Assembly: GCA_965140445.1 (NCBI GenBank)
Contig: OZ223236.1
Location: 3,008,001-3,072,000, forward strand
DNA length: 64,000 nt
Source of the DNA: Candidatus Ozemobacteraceae bacterium
GTDB lineage: Bacteria; Muiribacteriota; Ozemobacteria; Ozemobacterales; Ozemobacteraceae
Direction of reading: 5' to 3'
The notes under the pieces were generated by a model. It made no database searches. It was not told the origin of the DNA and saw only the letters and a list, made by a program, of their open reading frames with translations. This document shows positions 56,655-64,000 of the stretch, piece by piece (within the stretch, counting starts at the first letter, position 1; the number at the start of each line of letters is the position of its first letter). Position numbers and translations under genes: made by a program.

Positions 56655-59600
56655 AAAAATCCGGAAGATAGTTTTTACTTTAATTGGACTTACACTATTT
56701 CTTATCAGTGTGGGTTATTTAATTTATCAAACATCTTTTAGCTGTCCAAGATTTGTAATTGAAAGAATAAAAAGTTTTACTCTAACCTTTTATGACCTTG
56801 ATTTTGATGTATCATCCATCTATGTAAATTTTTCTACTCACACCGTAAATGTCAGGGGGCTGAGTTTAAAGCTTCCCCAGGAAAAGCCATTTATTAAGGT
56901 TGATCAGGTTGATCTGTATGCTGCATCTGGAACGGGCGTATTAGATGTTTACCTAAATAGATCCCCATTTGAAAGAATTGATTTAAAAAATGTCTATGTA
57001 GATGATACAGCTCCTTTTCCTGCGGCAACTGAGGGAGAAATTCCTTTTGCTTCTATTCCTGCAACATCTTTAACTCTGGTAAAACTTTCCGTTCTAAATA
57101 AATTTGGGCTTTTGGATTTTAAAGACTTTGACTTGAAATTCGTAAGAAACGGCAAAACTGGAAATGTGATAGCAAATGTTGCAAAAGGTCCATTTGGTGG
57201 AATAGGTAAAATAGCTTCTTTAATCGATTTCTCAAGTGGAAAGGCGAGAGTTAATTTTAATTGGGTTCATTCTAACTTTCAGCAGTTTATTCCATTTGGA
57301 ATTATTAGTCACTACTATGGTGTGTCCATAAAAAAAGGAAATATTAATCTGGATTTTGTCTGGGAAGGTATTCTTGGAAAGAGACTTGCTAATCCTACGG
57401 AGAATTTGACAAGCTTTTTTTCTGAAGAACTATCAGGGCATTTTTACATTAAAGATTGCCAGGTGGAATGGGCTGGTTTAAAAGGTGATTTAGATCTCTA
57501 TGGCAGCAGAGTTGGTAAATGGCCATGGAAATTGCATTTGAATGCCCATAATAAAATTTCATTAATTGAAGTTAACTCAGATTGGCTTGGTGATAAGAAC
57601 GACTTTGCGAAGTTTAAAGCAGAAGTAAAGGCGAAAAACCTTGAATTAACTCCTCAGATTTACAATATGGTTGGAATGCCTCTTAATAATACAAATCCAG
57701 GGCAAATTAATTTTTCTGGAAATGTTGAGGGTGGAATAGAAGGAGTAGTTGGAAGCGGTTCAGCAATTGCGACTGGATGGAAATACAAAGGAAAGTTAAT
57801 CCGAAAAGCTGAGGTTGATTGGGTTTTTAAAGGACAAGAGTTAGATCTTGAAGGAGACTTTAGAACTGAAATTGGGGATTTGGCTCTAAGTTGGCAATTC
57901 TTTCCCTTTGGAGAGAAAAAAGGTCAGGGAAAAGTTGAAGGAGAAGTTAACGATCTCAGCTTAAAAGTCTTCGATGAATTTGTGAGCGGATCATTAGATG
58001 GAAAATGCTCAGGCCCTTTTAAAATCAAGTTTGATTTGAATCAGCCTGCTAGCACGACCTATTCTATTGATTTATCAGTTTTAGAACCAGATATTTTTTC
58101 AATTCGTCCTCTTTTGTTTAAAGGAAAACTTTTCGGCGAAGGGCAAAAATGGATTCTTGAAGACCCAAGTGCGGATTTTTCAGATGGTGGAAAAATAAAT
58201 TTAAAAGGACAAATTTCCCACAAGGGCTATTCAGGTAATTTATCGATTAAAAAAGTTCGTTTGGATGAATTGGCCGTTCCAATACATATTGCGTCAGGAA
58301 CCACCTCATTAGAAGGGAAACTTTCTGGAGAATTGGATAAGCCAGAGCTTCTAGGAGAGGTGTGGGCAGGTAAAGTTGGAATTATGGGGCAAGTTCTTTC
58401 ATCTTTTAAAGCCCAGATTAAACTTGATCAAAAATCTCTGGAATTGTCTCCCATGGTCATGATCCCCACGAATGAGGGGATGATAGATGGCTATTTTTCT
58501 GTAAATATTGAAACAGGAAAAATTAATTCTTTTAAACTTAACCTGCAGGGCCTTTCAATAGACTTTATAGGCCCATTCTTGCCTGACAATTTTAAAAGTA
58601 CAGCCTTATCAGGACGAGTAAGTGGATCGGTAAGTTTTGATGGTCAGCGGGAAAAGGAATATTGGGACTTCCTGATTAATGGTCGGAATCTTGAAATGGC
58701 AGAACAGCCACTAGACAGTGTTTTTATTGAGGGAAGCATCTGGGGAGATCAGGGAGAAATACGTCATTTATTTGTCAGAGCTTTTGGGGGAACTATCAAG
58801 ATCAATGGAGAAGTTCAATCAAAAACTCGATTTGCAGGTTCCATCGAAGCAGAATCCTTATTTTTAAATAAAGCTACATTTCTTCAGAACTTGTTTCCTG
58901 GGTTAAGAGGAGAAATTAATCTTCAAGGAGATATTGTCTGGGATAAAGAAGAAAAAAATGGTTTATTTACGATTTTTGGCGAAAAAATGCGGGTAAATGA
59001 ACGTGACCTTGGCAATATGGGATGCGAAGTTATTGTTGATAATCAGGGCCTTGAAGTGATTCAAGGAGAGTTTGATAAATTAGGGGTAAAGCTTACTGGA
59101 AGCATTGATTGGAAAGGCCGTAAACCATATAAGGCAAAAATGGAACTGAAGCAGGTTGACCTTTCTTTTTTACCTCAAATTCATGGGGTTGAAGGCTTTG
59201 ATTACGGTGGATTAGTTGTAGACGGAAAATGCTCTATGACAGGTGATCTTGCTTCATTAACCCCTGACATTGTTGAAATGGATTTGTCTTCTTTAAAAAT
59301 CCAGAAAGAAAATGATGTAATTGTAGCTAATAAACCAATGAAAGTCGTTTTTCAGAATGACAGCATTGAGATTCGTTCGCTAGAGCTTAAATACAGGCAA
59401 GGGATTTTGGGTATAGAAGGAATTTACAGCCCTGGAAAGAATGCTGCTTTAGTGCTTAATGGTAAAGACTTCTCTATTAAGGCAATAGGAAGTTTATTTA
59501 ACCTGCCAGACTGGGACTACGATGGGAGACTTTCTTTAGATGGCGGTGTGTTTGGTAATTATCCTGATTTCGATTTAAAAGCTGACGCTAGAATCGATGA

Positions 59601-61017
59601 ATTGAAAATTAAGGGAAGGGTTATTCCATCAATTGTAGCTAGTATGGAAGGGAATCGAAATAAGTTTGAGGTTAAGGAAGTAAAAGTAAATTTACCAAAT
59701 AACTACTTCTTCTTAAAAGGTTTTCTGGAGTTTAGTGGTTTAACTGACATTAAAAACATAAATCTGGATTTTACAGTTCCCAAAGGGCCTATCTCAGATC
59801 TTCCAACATATTTGCCAGACGTTTTTAGAGAGGCATCAGGCACGTTAAATGCTTCCCTTAAGCTGACTGGTAATCCAAATAGTCCAGTTATAATAGGCGA
59901 AGTTAATTTAAAAGCCGATGAGCTTGGCTTTAAGGGAATGAAAAAACCTTTTACCAATCTAAATTTTGATATCTCCACTCATGACAATATATTAAAATTT
60001 GACTCTTTAAACGCCAAACTTGGTAGAGGAAAGATTCAAGGCTCTGGAGAAGTTAACTTTAGAGATGGACCTGGATCAATAACGGCAAAAATCTCAGGCG
60101 AAAAAATAGATTTGTCATTTCTGAATTTTGAGATTTATAAAGCCAGTTCTTCCGTAACAATTGGTGGGAATCTATATAACCCTGAAATTAAAGGAAATGT
60201 AATTGTTCCCAGAGGTAAATTTCATATCAATACCGATTTGCTTGCTGAAAGACCGACTTTGGACCTATTTTTTAATAGCTTGAAGTATGATATTGACGTG
60301 GAAGTGCCAAGGAATTTCTGGCTAAAAAGCTCTTTCTTAAACGCAGAAATGCGCGGAAAATTCTCGATTCTCGGAGATCTTGAGAAGGTAAATCTTGATG
60401 GTGGAATTGAATGCGTTCAAGGCTGGCTATATTTTCAGAGAAGGAAATTCCGTATTGAAACAGGTGATATAAAATTTGGAGGAGTTGAAGAAAGCTTCGA
60501 TCCACATATTTATATTAAATCTGAAGGACAGGTTCAAAATACTCAGGTATTTTTGACTCTTCAGGGTAGGGTTTCTTCTTTTACACCAAAGATTTATTCT
60601 TCTCCACCTATGTCAGAAGGGGACCTTCTCGCATTATTAACGATCGGAAGAGATTTAACTACAGCAATGAATTCTGATTCCAAAGAGATTTTCGAAAATG
60701 AGATCTTAGAAGGATTAAAGAATTCATATATTTCCGCATTGTTGGGGAATACTTTATCGACAGCTTTAAATCTGGATGAGTTGTTTTTGACATCTTTGTT
60801 TGACAAAACTTCTGGTAAAAGTGTCTCCTTTTTGAGGGTCGGAAAATACATTGGAAACAACCTCTTCTTAGCATATGAAGGCACTATGAGAGACGATGAA
60901 AACGAAACATATATTTTTGAGTATCGCCTGCCAAGGGGATTCGTGGTAAATTTAGAATTCGAAAAACCTGAAAATGATAAGAGAATTGGTGTACGATATG
61001 ATTGGAAATTCTGGTAA
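56638..61017 (+). CDS. tamB: Translocation and assembly module TamB / AsmA-like protein
   Basis: N-terminal anchor, long G.I.L.G beta-taco repeats, C-terminal DUF490 features (FDPHI, YSSPPMSEGDLLALLTIG, LRVGKYI). Confidence 0.85.
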   Translation: MKKNLRKIRKIVFTLIGLTLFLISVGYLIYQTSFSCPRFVIERIKSFTLTFYDLDFDVSSIYVNFSTHTVNVRGLSLKLPQEKPFIKVDQVDLYAASGTGVLDVYLNRSPFERIDLKNVYVDDTAPFPAATEGEIPFASIPATSLTLVKLSVLNKFGLLDFKDFDLKFVRNGKTGNVIANVAKGPFGGIGKIASLIDFSSGKARVNFNWVHSNFQQFIPFGIISHYYGVSIKKGNINLDFVWEGILGKRLANPTENLTSFFSEELSGHFYIKDCQVEWAGLKGDLDLYGSRVGKWPWKLHLNAHNKISLIEVNSDWLGDKNDFAKFKAEVKAKNLELTPQIYNMVGMPLNNTNPGQINFSGNVEGGIEGVVGSGSAIATGWKYKGKLIRKAEVDWVFKGQELDLEGDFRTEIGDLALSWQFFPFGEKKGQGKVEGEVNDLSLKVFDEFVSGSLDGKCSGPFKIKFDLNQPASTTYSIDLSVLEPDIFSIRPLLFKGKLFGEGQKWILEDPSADFSDGGKINLKGQISHKGYSGNLSIKKVRLDELAVPIHIASGTTSLEGKLSGELDKPELLGEVWAGKVGIMGQVLSSFKAQIKLDQKSLELSPMVMIPTNEGMIDGYFSVNIETGKINSFKLNLQGLSIDFIGPFLPDNFKSTALSGRVSGSVSFDGQREKEYWDFLINGRNLEMAEQPLDSVFIEGSIWGDQGEIRHLFVRAFGGTIKINGEVQSKTRFAGSIEAESLFLNKATFLQNLFPGLRGEINLQGDIVWDKEEKNGLFTIFGEKMRVNERDLGNMGCEVIVDNQGLEVIQGEFDKLGVKLTGSIDWKGRKPYKAKMELKQVDLSFLPQIHGVEGFDYGGLVVDGKCSMTGDLASLTPDIVEMDLSSLKIQKENDVIVANKPMKVVFQNDSIEIRSLELKYRQGILGIEGIYSPGKNAALVLNGKDFSIKAIGSLFNLPDWDYDGRLSLDGGVFGNYPDFDLKADARIDELKIKGRVIPSIVASMEGNRNKFEVKEVKVNLPNNYFFLKGFLEFSGLTDIKNINLDFTVPKGPISDLPTYLPDVFREASGTLNASLKLTGNPNSPVIIGEVNLKADELGFKGMKKPFTNLNFDISTHDNILKFDSLNAKLGRGKIQGSGEVNFRDGPGSITAKISGEKIDLSFLNFEIYKASSSVTIGGNLYNPEIKGNVIVPRGKFHINTDLLAERPTLDLFFNSLKYDIDVEVPRNFWLKSSFLNAEMRGKFSILGDLEKVNLDGGIECVQGWLYFQRRKFRIETGDIKFGGVEESFDPHIYIKSEGQVQNTQVFLTLQGRVSSFTPKIYSSPPMSEGDLLALLTIGRDLTTAMNSDSKEIFENEILEGLKNSYISALLGNTLSTALNLDELFLTSLFDKTSGKSVSFLRVGKYIGNNLFLAYEGTMRDDENETYIFEYRLPRGFVVNLEFEKPENDKRIGVRYDWKFW

Positions 61018-61031
61018 AAGGAAAAGATTTA

Positions 61032-61991
61032 ATGAGTAATTTGAGAGATTTTTTTATTCAGCTTGAGACTTCGTTAAGTTCAGGAATCCCTGTAGTTAGG
61101 GCTTTGCATCTTATTTCTGAAAACGTTAAAGGTTTTGGAATGAAGGGTAAAGTAAAAAGAATAATCAGCAACATTGAGTCTGGTGATACCTTTGCTCAAG
61201 CCATGAAAAAAGTTGGATCTCCTTTTACTGAAATGCAGGTTAGTTTTATTCAGTTTGGAGAAGAAACTGGGAGCCTGGATAAAGTTTGTGGAACTTTAGC
61301 TTCACATTCTGACAGAGAGATTTCATTACAAAGAGAAGTCATTGGTGCAATGGTCTATCCTATGTTTCTCTTATTTATAGCTTTGATGGGTTCTCCGATT
61401 ATTAAAGCAATCGCGTCCCAACAAAGTATTTGGAGCGCAAGCTCTGGATTAATTAATAGTTTGATTGTTTTTTTAGCCATACTTTTTGGTTTATTTGCGA
61501 TGTATAAAGTTTCCAGCACAACCATTGCCGCGGGAATTCTTGTCCACGTGCCATTTTTAGGAGGAATATTCCAAAAGCTTGCTCTGTGCAGATTTGCAAG
61601 AGCTTTTGGGGTTGGATTGTCGGCGGGGGTCCCCCTTAGACAGTCTCTTGAAACTTCAATAAAAGTTACTGACAATCCTTGGCTACAGGGACAATTGGCT
61701 GGTTTGAAAACATCAATTGCCCAGGGAAAGAGTCTTGGCGAAGGCTTGAGAACTGTTCAAGCGCTTCCTTCTACAATGAGAGAAATGATTGCAGTTGGAG
61801 AAAGTAGTGGAAAACTTTCCGAACTATTAGAAAAAACTGCTGTTTATTTCGAAGATGACGCCCGGCATAGAATTAAACTATTGACTAAATTACTCCCTAT
61901 TTTTGTATTTTTACCAATAGCTATATACGTAGGTTATGTGATTGTAACTTTTGGTACAAAAATCTTCTCTAGTTTAGACAGTATTAAATGA
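61032..61991 (+). CDS. Orphan PilC/GspF-family protein
   Basis: FFIQL...LSSGIPVVRAL, GEETGSLD, MVYP, RFAR.F...LSAGVPL, IAVGESSGKL. Confidence 0.9.
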   Translation: MSNLRDFFIQLETSLSSGIPVVRALHLISENVKGFGMKGKVKRIISNIESGDTFAQAMKKVGSPFTEMQVSFIQFGEETGSLDKVCGTLASHSDREISLQREVIGAMVYPMFLLFIALMGSPIIKAIASQQSIWSASSGLINSLIVFLAILFGLFAMYKVSSTTIAAGILVHVPFLGGIFQKLALCRFARAFGVGLSAGVPLRQSLETSIKVTDNPWLQGQLAGLKTSIAQGKSLGEGLRTVQALPSTMREMIAVGESSGKLSELLEKTAVYFEDDARHRIKLLTKLLPIFVFLPIAIYVGYVIVTFGTKIFSSLDSIK

Positions 61992-64000
61992 TAAAAGAAA
62001 AAATAGAAAGCTTTATGAATATTCGCCCCGGCGAATGGGGCGAAGCTTTCTTTTTTTGGATTTTTAATTTTTTAATCTGGTTTTCATTGGGCATAGGTGA
62101 TTCCCTGGGTGACACCCTGTTTATAAAAAGGGTTGGCTATGAAAACCTGCCACAGATGTTTATCCTTTGTTCTATTTTAGCTATTCCTTTAACTCTTTTT
62201 TTTACATTGGCTCAAGGGAAATTTGAAAAAAGAAGGTTAACCAATTTTATTGGGTTTATAAGCGCGGTTTTTTTATTCGTTGCAATAAAAATAGTTAATG
62301 ATAAAGGCGTATATGCCAGCGAATTTGGTTATCATCTGATTTATTTTGTTAAAAATTCTTTGTTCCTTGTCCTTGTTGCCAATTTTTCAATTATTATCAG
62401 TACACAATTTAATTCTCTAAAAGGTAAGAGGTTGGTTCCACTTATCTTTACCGGATCAATTGGAGGTCAGATAGCATCTGGTGTAAGCTTGAACTTTTTG
62501 GCCCTGAGACTTCAGGTCGATGAAATCCTTTGGGTGTGGCTGGCAGTTCATTGTGGGGCTTTTTTCTGGTTTGTTATTGGATCTGAAAGGTTTGTGAAAA
62601 GGCCAATTCGTGGAATTCTTTCCATGGAAGAAAGCCGCAGAGGCCCTGGATTTTTTGAACAAACAGCCAGACTAGGAAGACTTATTTTCTCTTCCAGACT
62701 AGTTTTCTTACTCATTCTTTCGTCTTTCTTTTTAACTTTTACCGCTTACTTTTCGGACTTTACGACCGCAGGAATTTTCAGCAAGCACTTTGTTTCAGAA
62801 AACAATTTGGCCCGGTTTTACGGTGTTTTTAACATTTTTTCCAGCTTCTTTGCCTTTATAATTCAGGGAACCTTGACCGGGTTTTTAATCCATCGATTCG
62901 GTGTTGGTATTTCTAATCTTATTTTCCCATTAATTGCTTTACTGGGATTTGGGGGAGTAATGGCTTCTTGTACCCTTATTCCTGGAGTAATATTACGATT
63001 TATTAGTGAAGGGCTCGGATTGGCTATTTTTACGCCAGTAAACAATCTTTTTTATAACGCGCTGCCGAAACAGGATAAATCCCAGATAATTGCGGTAAAC
63101 GAGGGGGTCTTTTTGCCTTTGGCATCTGTAGCTGCAGGTTTAATGATCCTGGCAACAAAAGAAAGTATGTTCTTTACAAGGATTATTCCTATTGTTGTCG
63201 CACTTACATGGTTTATAGTTTGTTTTTTACTAAAGAAGCCATATCGGGATGGCTTGATGAGGCTATTGAAAAGCTCCAATCTTGATTTGTTTTCCCGAAA
63301 AGCCTTTGAAAAATTGCCATTGGATGCAAATACAATGAATCTGCTTTTGGATTTGCTTGCCAGTGCAGACGACGAAACCTCCGGGCTGATAGTTCAATTA
63401 ATTCTCAATAACGCAAACCGTGAAAAAAAAGAAAAGCTATTCAAAATTTTAAGGGGGTTTTCAGACTCCAGAAAATCAGAAATTTTGAAACGCATCAGGT
63501 TCTCATCTGAAAAAATGATTGGAGATTTCCTTTTAGACTGTCTTGAGTCCAATGATGAAAAACTTCAATTGCTTTCGCTAAAAGGCCTTGCCGCATTTCC
63601 TTCCTCCGAAAGACTTCGCAGAAAAGTGCCAGAGTTTTTGAATTGCGAATCTTTGAGACTTAGGGCCCTTGCGGCTGTAATTCTTGCGCGCATAGGAGAC
63701 CTTGATCAAATGGTACTCTCTATGCAAATCATAAACGATTTAATCTACAGCCAGGTTGAAAAGGAAAAGTTGCTTGGAATTGAGGTTTTGGGATTCACCT
63801 ATGATGAAAGATTCTGGGTTAATTTACGCCCCTTTCTAAGTTCTGCAGATTCCAAGGTTCGCCTTGCTGCCGCCCGTTCTCTGGAATTGCTTATGAAAAG
63901 TGGGGAAGCTGGCGAACATTACGATCTTATGAGTCAATTGATTAAAGATGATTATCGGGAAATTCGACATCTTGCCCTTAAAATGATGGCCAGATTGAGT
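61988..64000 (+). CDS. NTT/TLC-like MFS transporter fused to HEAT repeats (3'-partial; absent from the ORF track)
   Basis: Manual translation from ATG 61988 (ATGA overlap): MIKEKIESFMNIRPGEW..LFIKRVGYENLPQMF..QFNSLKGKRLVPLIFTG, many TMs, then HEAT units LESNDEKLQLLSLKGL, LSSADSKVRLAAARSL, DDYREIRHLAL; frame runs off the window end. Confidence 0.8.
   Translation, partial: MIKEKIESFMNIRPGEWGEAFFFWIFNFLIWFSLGIGDSLGDTLFIKRVGYENLPQMFILCSILAIPLTLFFTLAQGKFEKRRLTNFIGFISAVFLFVAIKIVNDKGVYASEFGYHLIYFVKNSLFLVLVANFSIIISTQFNSLKGKRLVPLIFTGSIGGQIASGVSLNFLALRLQVDEILWVWLAVHCGAFFWFVIGSERFVKRPIRGILSMEESRRGPGFFEQTARLGRLIFSSRLVFLLILSSFFLTFTAYFSDFTTAGIFSKHFVSENNLARFYGVFNIFSSFFAFIIQGTLTGFLIHRFGVGISNLIFPLIALLGFGGVMASCTLIPGVILRFISEGLGLAIFTPVNNLFYNALPKQDKSQIIAVNEGVFLPLASVAAGLMILATKESMFFTRIIPIVVALTWFIVCFLLKKPYRDGLMRLLKSSNLDLFSRKAFEKLPLDANTMNLLLDLLASADDETSGLIVQLILNNANREKKEKLFKILRGFSDSRKSEILKRIRFSSEKMIGDFLLDCLESNDEKLQLLSLKGLAAFPSSERLRRKVPEFLNCESLRLRALAAVILARIGDLDQMVLSMQIINDLIYSQVEKEKLLGIEVLGFTYDERFWVNLRPFLSSADSKVRLAAARSLELLMKSGEAGEHYDLMSQLIKDDYREIRHLALKMMARLS

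Noticed and set aside
1..64000. CRISPR arrays, tRNA/rRNA, IS elements, prophage or defence islands
   Set aside because: No direct-repeat arrays, RNA gene signatures, transposase, integrase or phage proteins, or obvious compositional break seen by eye

Overview
AT-rich, gene-dense bacterial chromosomal segment from a diderm (Omp85/BamA-like, TamB, a beta-barrel and a lipoprotein). The class III ribonucleotide reductase suggests an anaerobe or facultative anaerobe; I cannot assign the lineage from the sequence alone. About 53 CDS; no rRNA, tRNA, CRISPR, transposase or phage genes were recognised. Housekeeping genes (nrdDG, pfkA, suhB, uvrC, trmH, lepB, HU, a LeuT-like transporter, tamB, mannose-1-P guanylyltransferase) are interleaved with a large dose of type IV filament genes: cluster 1 (12.4-17.4 kb; compact ATPase, two tandem PilC/GspF-like proteins, three pilins, behind a sigma-54 promoter), cluster 2 (38.1-44.9 kb; doubly frameshifted pilC, pilB, pilMNO, two GspG-like pilins), an orphan pilC coupled to an NTT-like/HEAT transporter, and comEA plus a stand-alone ComEC-type nuclease. 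Most notable observations: a cNMP-binding/CpaE-MinD-like ATPase/TPR fusion protein, a signal peptidase I with Cys at the catalytic Ser position, two matching sigma-54 promoters sharing upstream 12-mers, a structured ~160-nt nrdD leader, and a LeuT-like transporter with an apparently fused small subunit. All calls come from motif recognition by eye; no searches were run.
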